A DNA stretch of 64,000 nt, taken from assembly GCA_016183325.1 (NCBI GenBank), contig JACPEV010000003.1:82000-145999 (forward strand), given 5' to 3'. Below are positions 18,385 to 30,097 of this stretch, piece after piece. Numbering within the stretch: position 1 is the first letter of the stretch; each line of letters opens with the position of its first letter. The notes below the pieces were generated by a model. That model was given only the letters and a program-made list of their open reading frames with translations. It was not told the DNA's origin and did no database searches. This DNA is from Candidatus Curtissbacteria bacterium (GTDB lineage: Bacteria; Patescibacteriota; Microgenomatia; Curtissbacterales; GWA2-41-24). The position numbers and the translations under genes were made by a program.

Positions 18385-19533
18385 CTATGTGCGTGAATCG
18401 AGTCCTTTAAAGAACCAGGAGAAATCGGTTCCTTTTCTTTTACCTTTAACTCGCTCGACCAAGGCATGGGTAACAATGGGAATACCGATTGTGGCATCGC
18501 AATAACACTGGACGTTATTACCCTCCGGCTCTTCTTTACCCCAGCTAGTGGCTTCCTCAAAGGTACAGCCGGAGAGGCCGCCCCATTGAGGACTGTCGGT
18601 TGTAATTTGAATAGCATATTTGTGAGGATAGTAGGATTCGACAAGTTCTTCCTTTTCACCACGTTTTGCCCTGAAAACTTTGGCAGTTCGACCGGGAACT
18701 CTTCTTGATTCATACATGAGGTCGGGAGTTACCGCAAATAGTTGAATAAAATCCTTAGGTACTCCTCCGCCAATATAGATGACACCGGTTTCTTTGACTT
18801 TTTCAGCTAGCTTCATGAATTCTATGTAATCCTTCATATTATCGATGACTAAGTTAAAGTTCTGACTTTTGGCTACCAGGCCGCCATCACCATAAGGGCT
18901 GTCTACAATGGCAGGACAAAAGACAGGGACATTGTAATGGGCGGCTGTTGCCACAATACTTTTGATGCCTTTTTTCCAAAGCCACTTGCCAAAAAGGTGG
19001 AGAATTTCTCTTGAGGAATACGGATGATCCGGCTTGAGGTTTTTGACGTAGAATTCACCAATCATTTCTGTCATTACCATATAATCTGTCTCAAGGCCAT
19101 AAACGTCATAGTATCTGTTGATGTCGGTTGCAAGAAGCACAGCGTCGTCGACCATGTGCGTGCCTTTCCAGTAGGAAAAGCCCATGGCATCGACAATATC
19201 TTCGGAAAGATTAGCGCCGGTGCCGACTAAAATGTCGATGTAGCGGTTTTCGATGAGCCAGTTGATCATTTTCCACTGGCCGGTGGTGGAAAGAGATCCG
19301 GCGTAACCCATGAGAATGGTTGCGCTTTTGTCCTTAATCATTTTTTCCCAAGTTGCGGCAACTTCGGCAAGTTTTCGTCCTTGAAAGCCGGTATCGGCCA
19401 TTTCTTCCAAAAGTTTTGAGATGGATTTTTTCTTGACTTCAATCGCGGTGACTTTTCTGATGAGGTATGGTTTTGTGAGTTTTTTTGCTTTTTCGGCTTG
19501 TGCTTTTTCGGCTTTTGTACTAATTGTTGGCAT
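18385..19533 (-). CDS. Deoxyhypusine synthase-like protein (possible homospermidine synthase)
   Basis: TGFQG, TGAN, IGGGVPK, GGLSG, EATSWGK, CDATI. Confidence 0.9.
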   Translation of the reverse strand: MPTISTKAEKAQAEKAKKLTKPYLIRKVTAIEVKKKSISKLLEEMADTGFQGRKLAEVAATWEKMIKDKSATILMGYAGSLSTTGQWKMINWLIENRYIDILVGTGANLSEDIVDAMGFSYWKGTHMVDDAVLLATDINRYYDVYGLETDYMVMTEMIGEFYVKNLKPDHPYSSREILHLFGKWLWKKGIKSIVATAAHYNVPVFCPAIVDSPYGDGGLVAKSQNFNLVIDNMKDYIEFMKLAEKVKETGVIYIGGGVPKDFIQLFAVTPDLMYESRRVPGRTAKVFRAKRGEKEELVESYYPHKYAIQITTDSPQWGGLSGCTFEEATSWGKEEPEGNNVQCYCDATIGIPIVTHALVERVKGKRKGTDFSWFFKGLDSRT

Positions 19534-19733
19534 TTTAGTTAAAGCTATTTACGTTCGATAATAGCTGAGAAATATTTTTTTGTAAAGCAGAGAAAAAATT
19601 CATATTAAATTTTGGGGGCAGATAAATGTTGCGGTCCTTCGACTCCGTTCTGCAAATGCAGAACTTCGCTCAGGATTGTGAACAGAAGACAAATTTATTA
19701 TTGGAATCTTTTCACAGTTTGTCAATGGGGAAA

Positions 19734-19770
19734 TTAGAGCTTTTTGGTGTAGATGGCTTGGAGCAAGCCT
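19734..19770 (-). repeat. Relic gene tail GLLQAIYTKKL* (repeated at 20505-20546)
   Basis: Near-identical direct repeat flanking the PIN TA module; similar to PEGA/SH3 gene 3' end. Confidence 0.8.
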
Positions 19771-20203
19771 AATTATCGTAATCTTTTAAACTTTTTACTA
19801 ATTTACTTTTTGACTTTTTGATTAAATTATCATCTGCGGTATATAGAGGAGATTTTAGATATTCAGCTAAAGCTACATAGGCTGCGTCATAAGAAGAAAT
19901 ATCAAGATCAATGGCTTTTTCAAGAGAAGTTTTAAATAAATCAACTGAAGAGTGCACAAGAAAGTTTAAATCAAGAAATCCCTGGTAGGCTTTGATCGCT
20001 ATATGTTTATTAATTCTTAAGCGTTTAATTGCTGTTTTTAGCAAATTGCTAACTTCATAAAAAATTAAGGTCGGTACTGATACGATCACTTTTCGATTGA
20101 CAAAATCTTCTTTTATTTTTAAAGCGTAACTTTTAAACGTTTCATCCGGGAGGAACCATTTAGCTATAACTGAAGAATCAAGAACTACATTTTTGACAAT
20201 CAC
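19769..20203 (-). CDS. VapC/PIN toxin
   Basis: VLDSSVIAKW..E..SYDAAY..YTAD. Confidence 0.9.
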   Translation of the reverse strand: MIVKNVVLDSSVIAKWFLPDETFKSYALKIKEDFVNRKVIVSVPTLIFYEVSNLLKTAIKRLRINKHIAIKAYQGFLDLNFLVHSSVDLFKTSLEKAIDLDISSYDAAYVALAEYLKSPLYTADDNLIKKSKSKLVKSLKDYDN

Positions 20204-20454
20204 TTTTGGTCTTTTTTGCTTTCAGAAAGTAATGCTTGAGGATTAATTTTTTGATCTTTAAGGCTTTCCCTAAACTCGTCAATTTTAGCCATTGCTTGTT
20301 TTTGGCTATCCAAATTTGAGATTCTGCTTAAACCTAGAGCTATTACGTCATTGATTGTCCTTTGAAGTGACGTCCCTTGATTAAAAGCGAGTAATCTTGA
20401 TTTGTCAAACAAGTCCTTTCTAATTCTAATGGTGGTTCTGACTGCGTTTTGCAT
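20200..20454 (-). CDS. RHH-type antitoxin
   Basis: VRTTIRIRKDL; coupled to PIN gene. Confidence 0.75.
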   Translation of the reverse strand: MQNAVRTTIRIRKDLFDKSRLLAFNQGTSLQRTINDVIALGLSRISNLDSQKQAMAKIDEFRESLKDQKINPQALLSESKKDQK

Positions 20455-20798
20455 TGTGTTTTGAAAGTAACATATAGGCATATAGATGTCAAGATGTCTT
20501 ATTTCTAGAGCTTTTTGGTGTAGATGGCTTGGAGTAAGCCTTGTTTAATTTTCTTCAAAGAGTTTGGATAATTTTGTATCAAAAGTTTTGGGAAGATTTA
20601 GATTATGGATAGATTTGGGTGACTGGATGTCATAGAGCCGAATTGCCATAGGGTTTACTCCAGCTTCTTGAGACAAAGGTGGCAATTTGAGAAGTTTATT
20701 GGCCGATGAGTTTGAAACATCACGCCAAGAGATCCTAAAACCAACATTGACATATAGGTACTTTATGAGTATTATATAGGCAGTAATTATAATCTACG

Positions 20799-21845
20799 AT
20801 GTACACACCCAGGTTCACAATTACGCCTAAAATAACCCAAGATATAGAAAAAATAGGGGTAGTTTTTGGGTATTTTAGGGCAGTTCAACTTCCCGAAAAT
20901 TATAGAAGAGAGCTAGTATCGAAAGTGGCTGTAGAGACTGTCCACGCATCAACTGCAATTGAAGGGAATACCCTGACACAAAAACAAGTAGGTGAGGTCT
21001 TAAGTGGAATACCGGTAACCGCACAAGAAAAGGAAATAAAAGAGGTAGAAAACTACAATAAAGCCTTGGTAAGTATTGAAAAATTCGGTAGGCAAAAAGG
21101 CTTTAAGGTTGGTGAGCAAACTGTAAAGGGAATACACGCAACACTTCTAAAAGATATAGATAACGAGATTGCTGGTAAATATCGGACAAGGCAAGTATAT
21201 GTCGGGGATTATATGCCTCCAGAGCATTACAAAGTTCCAACTTTGGTGCAAGAATTGGTTTCTTGGATAAACAACCCAAATCCAGAAAACTTATCCCCAA
21301 TTTTACTTGCTGGTATTGCCCACTACCAATCCGTCGCCATCCATCCTTTTGAAGACGGCAATGGCAGGATAACAAGACTTTTAACGACCTTAATACTTAT
21401 CCAAAACGACTACGACATGGTTAGTTTTTTTGCCCCTGAAAGTTTTTACAACAGAAACAGAAAGGCATATTATGAGGCATTAAGTTCGGCTGATAAATAC
21501 GGAGTTCGTGGGCAACCAGACTTAACCAGATGGCTTGAGTATTTTGTGTCGGGCATGCTAATTGAGGCTGAAAGGGCAAAATCCAGGATAGAAGAAATGT
21601 TGCAAAAAAAAAGTACATTTGGCAGGCAGGACTATATAAGCGATAATCAAAGAAAAATACTCAAACTGGCTACCCAAAAAGGTACGATTAAAACGGCAGA
21701 TGTATTACAACTCACCGGTTTAAGCAGAAAAGGTGCCTACAACGCGGTTGAAAAACTGGTACACATTAGATTATTGGAAAGTGTTGGAGTAGGGAAAGGA
21801 ACATATTATAAAATTACAGATAAAGGATTGGAATATGTCAGATAG
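20799..21845 (+). CDS. Fic-domain protein with C-terminal wHTH
   Basis: STAIEGN inhibitory motif, HPFEDGNGRITR, GKGTYY. Confidence 0.92.
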   Translation: MYTPRFTITPKITQDIEKIGVVFGYFRAVQLPENYRRELVSKVAVETVHASTAIEGNTLTQKQVGEVLSGIPVTAQEKEIKEVENYNKALVSIEKFGRQKGFKVGEQTVKGIHATLLKDIDNEIAGKYRTRQVYVGDYMPPEHYKVPTLVQELVSWINNPNPENLSPILLAGIAHYQSVAIHPFEDGNGRITRLLTTLILIQNDYDMVSFFAPESFYNRNRKAYYEALSSADKYGVRGQPDLTRWLEYFVSGMLIEAERAKSRIEEMLQKKSTFGRQDYISDNQRKILKLATQKGTIKTADVLQLTGLSRKGAYNAVEKLVHIRLLESVGVGKGTYYKITDKGLEYVR

Positions 21846-21950
21846 GGAGTACGTAGATTATCTTGTTAAAATCTGGGGTACTGTCTTAAATGTGTCTGAT
21901 CTTTTTCAAATGAATTTTTAGGGGGATCCAGCCATTGGCCGGCGCTTACT

Positions 21951-22400
21951 TTAATAAATGCTTCTTAAATATTGCAATAGCTCACCAGGAAGTATTACTC
22001 TAAGCCCGAAATCTTGTTGAATCTTTTCTATTTTATAATCCTTGGTATTGAAGGTAACTAAAAATTTTGCTTGAGCTGCTTTTGCTCCTGCTACGATATA
22101 AGCATCTTTAATGTCATTGGTGTAGCTGGCAAATCTATCCAAAATTTTCTCTTTGTCTAACTTTATTTTGATAATTTTTAATCTGGTTTTTAATATTCTT
22201 TCTAGCTTATTTTTATCAATTCCTAATTTATCAACAGTTCTATTCAGCTCTTCATGAGAAAAATTCGAGATAAAAGATCTTAAATCGGCATTATTCACAA
22301 TAAGATTGGAGGCACCGGTTTGTGAAAGCAGTGAAGAAATTACAACATCCGAATCGATAAAGACTTTTATTTGCAAGAAGGCCTTGCTTATTTTCGCCAC
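21951..22400 (-). CDS. PIN-domain toxin
   Basis: VFIDSDV..D.KDA.IVAGA..LVTFN.KD. Confidence 0.85.
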   Translation of the reverse strand: MAKISKAFLQIKVFIDSDVVISSLLSQTGASNLIVNNADLRSFISNFSHEELNRTVDKLGIDKNKLERILKTRLKIIKIKLDKEKILDRFASYTNDIKDAYIVAGAKAAQAKFLVTFNTKDYKIEKIQQDFGLRVILPGELLQYLRSIY

Positions 22401-22663
22401 ATTTTTGCTCTTACCTTGGAAAGCTCTTTTTCTATTTTGGCAAAGTTTTGCAAATCTTCTTGTTGTGCTCTATAGATATCCTCATCTAAACCTGTAAATA
22501 CAAAGGTCAGGGAGCTAGCCGGAATTCTGTAAACTTTACCGATTCTTTTGGCCACAATATCTCCCCGATTAATCAACTGATAAACCGTATTTTTACTAAG
22601 CTGAAGCATACTCGCTACCTGCTCCGGAGTGTAAACTTTTGGCAAAACTTGATTACTAATCAT
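22388..22663 (-). CDS. Excisionase-like HTH (HTH_17) antitoxin
   Basis: YTPEQVA.MLQLSKNTVY.LI.RG.I.A.RIG..YRIP. Confidence 0.82.
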   Translation of the reverse strand: MISNQVLPKVYTPEQVASMLQLSKNTVYQLINRGDIVAKRIGKVYRIPASSLTFVFTGLDEDIYRAQQEDLQNFAKIEKELSKVRAKMWRK

Positions 22664-22707
22664 AACTATATTGTATTAAACATGACAAAACATGTCAATA
22701 GACAAAG

Positions 22708-23589
22708 CTAAAGTTTTTTGGTGAATTGGGTTTGGATCCAGCCTTGTTTGCCAGCCTCGCCAGCTCGGCTAGGCGGGCCGTCGAATTTGATTTTGATCCA
22801 ATCGCCGGTTTCCTGGATGATTTCCAGTTGATCGCCAGTTCGGACTCTGCCGACTTCGGTGGAAGTTGTTTGAGGTTCCTGGCGAACCCTTAAAAACCCT
22901 TGTGGTGCTTTTACGACCTCAATTTTTAAGATCTGAGGTGCGCTGACTTGCGGTTTATTAATGCCTTTGGCAATTTCAGAAGCCAGGCTAACGTCGGCAA
23001 CAAGCTGATAACGGCTGGCGGTTTTAATGGCAAATTCCCTCTGCACATAGCCTGTTTGAGAAAGAAGAACTTTGTGCTCACCGTCCTCGATATCGGTAAT
23101 CAGAAGAGGGGTTTTACCAATGTACTTGCCATCAATGGTAACGTCTGTCTCTGTAGGCTGAGAGGAAATAAAAAGACCTTTTTCCTGAGGTCTCAGCCAT
23201 AAGTTCTCTCCTGATTGGGCAAGAAAGTTGTTGGCAAGTTCGCGATTGACGACGGTAAGGGTACCGGAAGTTAAGGTTATTTTGTCCACAAAGCTTGCCT
23301 CAGACGCAGTGATTTTTAAAAGGTACTCACCGGCCTTGAGCTGTTCTGAAAAATAGGGAGTTTTTCCTAAGTGTTTACCGTCTAAAAACACTGAGGCTTC
23401 CGGGGTCGAAGTGACTTGGAGTGCAGCTGGTTTTTGGGTGCCGATGAGAGTGCAGCCGGAAAGAAGCAGAACAATTGACAATTGACAAGTGACAAAAAGT
23501 AAGCTTTTAAGAAACAATTTTCCATTTTCCCTGCGGGCCAGAGGCCCCGGGCCGGAGGCCATTTTCCATTTTCCATTTAGGGTGGGCAT
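22708..23589 (-). CDS. PEGA + SH3b lipoprotein with repeat-derived in-frame inserts
   Basis: LLSGC lipobox, two PEGA (V.LDG..G.TP), LRVR.EP..GWI SH3. Confidence 0.85.
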   Translation of the reverse strand: MPTLNGKWKMASGPGPLARRENGKLFLKSLLFVTCQLSIVLLLSGCTLIGTQKPAALQVTSTPEASVFLDGKHLGKTPYFSEQLKAGEYLLKITASEASFVDKITLTSGTLTVVNRELANNFLAQSGENLWLRPQEKGLFISSQPTETDVTIDGKYIGKTPLLITDIEDGEHKVLLSQTGYVQREFAIKTASRYQLVADVSLASEIAKGINKPQVSAPQILKIEVVKAPQGFLRVRQEPQTTSTEVGRVRTGDQLEIIQETGDWIKIKFDGPPSRAGEAGKQGWIQTQFTKKL

Positions 23590-23669
23590 TGGGATAAAGT
23601 TAACACTTCGACTTCGCTCAGTGCAAGCTATGGTGATGGCAAAACGATAATCTAGGATTATTATGGGAT

Positions 23670-23800
23670 TTGACTTTTAGGGTGAAATCTGCTAGAATTT
23701 GCCTTCGTAAAATTCCCACTATGGGTCGGCTTAGACGACCCATGATTCTCAGAAAGTTCTATTGTGGGATTTTACGTGGGCAAGTCAAACTTGCCTTTGA
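23670..23800 (+). promoter_or_regulatory. Sigma70 promoter plus structured 5' leader of the M23 gene
   Basis: TTGACT-N17-TAGAAT; stems 23706-19/23764-76, 23721-28/23736-43, 23779-95 followed by TTT. Confidence 0.6.
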
Positions 23801-23806
23801 AAAAAC

Positions 23807-24565
23807 ATGAATAAATACATTAGACGAATCAAGGCTATCTCGTCACATGCCGTAGCTTGCGCCAGCTCGAAGTTGGGTAAAACTGGTAGTATGAACGTCT
23901 CCCCTATCTTGATTGCACTTGCGGGCATGAGTCTACTTGCGCTCCTTTTTGTTCTTACTCAGCTTAAGATCAGGCCAAGGTTAAAACTAGCCATGAAGCT
24001 GATTCTTGTGCTTTCAGTCATTTTCCAGCTCACAAGCGTGGCTGTTTCCGCGATTAAACCTCATGAAGCCAAAATTGAGATCAATGGCCACAGAATTATC
24101 GTGGCCCAGGAGCCTGACGAGCAAAATGAGCCTAGCGTGGAAATTAGCCAGGAGATAGCCTCCAAGCTGTCACCATTTGAATTCAGAAGCCCTATTGAGG
24201 GTAGACTCTCGCAGGGCTACCACGGCTACCATAGGGCAAACGACATCGCAGGCCCCTTGGGTACTCCTATTCACCCCGTGGGTGCCGGTACTGTTGAGTT
24301 CGCCGGCAGAGTTAATGATGGTAAGGGGAATATCGTTGTAATTGACCACGGTGACGGCCTTAAATCTCTATACGCTCATGTGGGCAGAATTGAAGTTGGA
24401 GTTGGCAACACAGTTGACACAAAAGCTGTAATTGGCACAGTGGGGCTAACGGGACGAACTACTGGTCCTCACGTTCACTTGGAGATTTACGATCATGACG
24501 TGGCAGTTAACCCCGCAAGTGTGTTACCGGATACTTTGGGACAGTCTGACTTCTCAGGCACTTAA
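23807..24565 (+). CDS. M23 peptidoglycan metallopeptidase
   Basis: HRAND, YAH, GRTTGPHVHLE. Confidence 0.9.
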   Translation: MNKYIRRIKAISSHAVACASSKLGKTGSMNVSPILIALAGMSLLALLFVLTQLKIRPRLKLAMKLILVLSVIFQLTSVAVSAIKPHEAKIEINGHRIIVAQEPDEQNEPSVEISQEIASKLSPFEFRSPIEGRLSQGYHGYHRANDIAGPLGTPIHPVGAGTVEFAGRVNDGKGNIVVIDHGDGLKSLYAHVGRIEVGVGNTVDTKAVIGTVGLTGRTTGPHVHLEIYDHDVAVNPASVLPDTLGQSDFSGT

Positions 24566-25039
24566 AGCCCTGAGGCTAAACTGATCATCTTCGTCCTCGA
24601 GTTTGGATGTCAATTCTTCTACTAAAATCTTGAAAGCCACAGGGTCGCCGATGTGCTCAATAACTATTTCTCTTTGATCGAAGCCGGCAGTAATGATGAC
24701 TAAATGCCCGGTGTTGTAGAGGTAACGCTGGGCTATAGATTGCTCGACTGTAATATGGGTGATTCTTTCAAGGGGCGCAGTAACGATTTTCCTAGTGAAG
24801 ATACCTCTTATAATTAAGAATCTCTTATTAGTGAGAGCATAGACATAGGATTGCCTCATTCTTAAAAGTTGACCAAGTTTTGGAAGACCGATAAACAAGA
24901 AGGCAAAGGGCAAGAGAAACAATAACCTGATTAGAAAGTATCTGGAACCAATTGAGGTTACCAAGATGACTTTCTCCCCTTTGGCCAGTAACTTTGAAAG
25001 CTTTTCTTTTTGTCTTTGTGTTGGGGGTTTGAAAGCCAT
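24554..25039 (-). CDS. Bacterial PH-domain (bPH_2) membrane protein
   Basis: YALTNKR..I.RGIF..RI..I.VEQS..QR....G. Confidence 0.8.
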   Translation of the reverse strand: MAFKPPTQRQKEKLSKLLAKGEKVILVTSIGSRYFLIRLLFLLPFAFLFIGLPKLGQLLRMRQSYVYALTNKRFLIIRGIFTRKIVTAPLERITHITVEQSIAQRYLYNTGHLVIITAGFDQREIVIEHIGDPVAFKILVEELTSKLEDEDDQFSLRALSA

Positions 25040-25162
25040 GATTTTAACATTTGACCACTAACAATTGACAACTGACAGCAATCTTTGAAACTTAATTTAA
25101 ATATAGCATTTATATAAACTTACGACTAACGACCAGTGCTAATTTGATAAGATGGATTAAGG

Positions 25163-25828
25163 ATGGATGAATCCTTTATTAGTAGAATTTTATCGAAAAT
25201 GGCCCTGGCAATTATAGTAGTGGCTGTGGCGGATCTTTTGTTTTTAAATTATTTAGTCATAAAAGGCCAGAGGCAAGCCTTGCCGGCAAACGATTCAGCC
25301 GGAAGCGAGACCAGAGAGGCGGAAAGAAAGCTCGAGGTAATAACCCCTTCTCCTAGCGACTTGGGTTCTCCGTCACCTCCTGTCGAACCTAGGACTGAGA
25401 TTAAGACCGTGGAGACGAAAACGATAGTGGAGAAGGAGGCTCAAACCATTGTGCAAACGGCTCAGAAAGAGATCTTTATACCGATGGGCTCAGGAGCAAC
25501 TAAAAGTCGTGAATTTGCAGATTTAACTAGTACAGATGTAAAGATTGATACTTCTAAGTACTCCAATGTCGAATCAGTGGTTTTTGAGGCTTCGATTTGG
25601 GTTGAGGGTGGTAACGGAGCTGCTTATGCTCAATTGTATAACGTTGAGGATAAAACTGGGTACTTCGAAAGCCAGATTAGCAATAACACTGGATCCGCAG
25701 CTTACAAGACTTCTGGGAAGCTGCAGCTTCCCAATGGACAGAAGACTTACAGAGTGAGGGCTAAAACTGATATTGTGGAGTTTGCGGCGCATGTGGAGAA
25801 TGCTAGAATTAAGATTACTTTGAAGTGA
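25163..25828 (+). CDS. Hypothetical anchored surface protein
   Basis: TM, PSPS linker, beta-sandwich-like C-terminus. Confidence 0.7.
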   Translation: MDESFISRILSKMALAIIVVAVADLLFLNYLVIKGQRQALPANDSAGSETREAERKLEVITPSPSDLGSPSPPVEPRTEIKTVETKTIVEKEAQTIVQTAQKEIFIPMGSGATKSREFADLTSTDVKIDTSKYSNVESVVFEASIWVEGGNGAAYAQLYNVEDKTGYFESQISNNTGSAAYKTSGKLQLPNGQKTYRVRAKTDIVEFAAHVENARIKITLK

Positions 25829-25962
25829 TACAGATTAAAAATAGAGATTAGTTAGTGGAAATTGGTAATGGAAATTAGAGATTAGAAATAAGAAAACTAT
25901 TTTCTAATTTCCATTTTCCATAACTATTTTCTACTTTCTAGTAACTAATTTCTATTATCAAT

Positions 25963-27940
<1,978 letters not shown>

Positions 27941-27949
27941 AGTACCTCG

Positions 27950-28234
27950 TCACTTTGTAACGACTGCCATTAAGTCTTCGAACTTGGTGAGCAGGAGTTC
28001 TTTACCTTCGACTTTGATTTCGTTACCGCCCCATTTTTTGTAAACGACTTTATCGCCTACTTTAACGGGGCATTTGATTGTTTTGCCTTCTTCAACAAGA
28101 TCGTCACCGCAAGCTAAAACTTTGCCCTCTTGAGGTTTTTCGTCGGCAGTGTCAGGTAAAACAATTCCGGAGGCAGTTTTAGTTTCTTTTGCGGCAGGTT
28201 CTATTAGTACGTAACCGGCTAAAGGTTTCAACAT
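27950..28234 (-). CDS. groES: Co-chaperonin GroES
   Basis: LKPL..VLIE..TASGIVLPD..EKPQEG. Confidence 0.97.
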   Translation of the reverse strand: MLKPLAGYVLIEPAAKETKTASGIVLPDTADEKPQEGKVLACGDDLVEEGKTIKCPVKVGDKVVYKKWGGNEIKVEGKELLLTKFEDLMAVVTK

Positions 28235-28293
28235 AGTTAATGGTTAATAGTTAATAGTTTATGGACAGAAAGGCAAATTCAGGGCAAAAGTCG

Positions 28294-28349
28294 CGAGCAG
28301 TTGATGCTTGCGACTGCTAATATTATAGCTATGGTTGTCAAGTTGTCAA
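28294..28349 (-). promoter_or_regulatory. groE promoter with CIRCE-like operator
   Basis: TTGACA-N16-TATAAT followed by TTAGCAGTC-N9-AACTGCTCG. Confidence 0.65.
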
Positions 28350-28353
28350 GTCC

Positions 28354-28902
28354 TCAGTTTTTTGACCGTAATTTTGAAAGTTTTTTTAAAATAAGCTTTA
28401 GCTTTTTATCAACAGTATAATTCTGAGCAGTTATCCAGAATTCGTCTAATTTTTTAGATTCGATTTGATCTTCGTATTCAAGTGCTTGCATGGCCATTTC
28501 CAATTTATCGAGTTGTTTGAGGACTTGGAATTCTTTACTATCCCCTGCTTGAGCCTCTTGCCAAAGACTGACATATTCTTGACCATTATCGATATTTGAG
28601 AAAATTTCTTTGATTGCTTTTTCTTCAAGTTGAAATTTTTTGCCTTTATCCCCTATTGTTTTATTCCCCCTTTTAATAACCAGATCCCCCACGACGCTTT
28701 CTGCTAAATCGTCGATTAAGGCCATTCGGACAATCTTTTCGGTGTTTAGTTTGAGCTGATCGCCAAGAATCATGCAAAGAACGGCGAGTCGATATGAATG
28801 CTCGGCAACAGATTCCGGGTTTTTGATGCCGGCATTGACCCAGCCGGTTCTTTTGGTTGTTTTGAGCTTGCCGACAATTTGAGCGAACTTAATGAGATTC
28901 AC
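28354..28902 (-). CDS. HD-domain 5'-deoxynucleotidase-like protein (HDDC2/YfbR type)
   Basis: LK..KRTGW, ESVAEHS, DKLE; HD reads DD. Confidence 0.82.
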   Translation of the reverse strand: MNLIKFAQIVGKLKTTKRTGWVNAGIKNPESVAEHSYRLAVLCMILGDQLKLNTEKIVRMALIDDLAESVVGDLVIKRGNKTIGDKGKKFQLEEKAIKEIFSNIDNGQEYVSLWQEAQAGDSKEFQVLKQLDKLEMAMQALEYEDQIESKKLDEFWITAQNYTVDKKLKLILKKLSKLRSKN

Positions 28903-28929
28903 GGGGCGAAATTATATCAAGAGATGAAA

Positions 28930-29256
28930 TTACTTGTTTTTAAATTTATTGCTTACTTTTGCTATTCCTTTATAGATTGCAATTGATCCGGAAATTAATG
29001 TTGCCGCTATGGGTTCAATGGGATATACAATTTTATCTGGAGCACAACCCTCTTGTTGATAGCCAACTACATTTCCGTCATAAATTATGGGGATTTTTAA
29101 TCCACTTGAGGGAGAGACAAGTCTTCCTCCATATTGCCAGAAAAATTCAAAGCTTGGCGGGGAGCCAGTTGAACATCCCTTTTGAAAACTTGCAAGTCCA
29201 ACTATAGTGCCAGTTAGAAAAAACAAAACGACAGTGATTATGATCCATTTGGCCAT
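28930..29256 (-). CDS. Hypothetical membrane protein
   Basis: Two TM helices with Cys pair. Confidence 0.55.
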   Translation of the reverse strand: MAKWIIITVVLFFLTGTIVGLASFQKGCSTGSPPSFEFFWQYGGRLVSPSSGLKIPIIYDGNVVGYQQEGCAPDKIVYPIEPIAATLISGSIAIYKGIAKVSNKFKNK

Positions 29257-29343
29257 TAAATTAATTGTAACAGAATTAGTTATTGATTAAATATTTCTGC
29301 TAACTGCTTTCATGAGGACTAAATCTAGCTTTGGAGAGCTGAA

Positions 29344-29718
29344 TTAAATAATTTTTAGATCATTAATCTTCTCAAAATCTTTTAGATTCAAAGTTGATAA
29401 AAGTAAAGAATGTTTGATCGCTGTGGCCGCAATGATAGCATCAATTAGTGAAACTCCTTGATTATGAACTTTAATGTATCCCGCTTTTTTAGATATGTCC
29501 GGTGACAATGAAATTATTTGCAAACCGGAAAGTGTTCGCTCTACAGTTTTTTTGACTTCAATTTTCTCCCAGATACTTTTTCCTGCATAAAGTTCTGTGT
29601 GGGTAATTATAGAAATAAAAAGCTCTTCATCCGTTAGTTTATAAAATAGACTGTTTTCTTTATCCGGTCGACGAAGGAAATCTATGACAACGGAAGTATC
29701 CAGAAGAAGTCTCTTCAC
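29344..29718 (-). CDS. VapC/PIN toxin
   Basis: LLDTSV.ID..TEL..G..DAIIAATA..TLN.KDF. Confidence 0.9.
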   Translation of the reverse strand: MKRLLLDTSVVIDFLRRPDKENSLFYKLTDEELFISIITHTELYAGKSIWEKIEVKKTVERTLSGLQIISLSPDISKKAGYIKVHNQGVSLIDAIIAATAIKHSLLLSTLNLKDFEKINDLKII

Positions 29719-29990
29719 GGATTTTGTCTTTTGAGTCTATCTTCAATTTCTTCTCTATTTCTTTTGATTTCTTCCAAATCTATGTCTACAGGTTTCATTT
29801 TAAGTAAACTTTTCTTCCATTCTTGTTTATCTCTAATCTTTTCTTCCTCTATTGGTTCGGCAATAATCTTTCCGTTGTCTGTCGAGACTTTAAGCCAAAA
29901 ATCGCTGGAGAGGCCGATAGATTCTCTAATCTTTTTGGGAATAGTTATTTGCCCCTTGCTGAATGATTTGACGAATCTGACTACGTCCAT
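29715..29990 (-). CDS. AbrB-family antitoxin
   Basis: SKGQITIPK.IR. Confidence 0.88.
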   Translation of the reverse strand: MDVVRFVKSFSKGQITIPKKIRESIGLSSDFWLKVSTDNGKIIAEPIEEEKIRDKQEWKKSLLKMKPVDIDLEEIKRNREEIEDRLKRQNP

Positions 29991-30097
29991 ACTGAATTTC
30001 AGTATATATTGAAATTGTTCAAATTGCAAGGTTTTTGTAAATTTTGAGGAAAATTGACAACGTCCTACAATAAGCTATACGCTTAAAATAGCTGCCA

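Noticed and set aside
22388-22663. Excisionase marking a prophage
   Set aside because: Coupled to a PIN gene as an antitoxin; no integrase or phage structural genes
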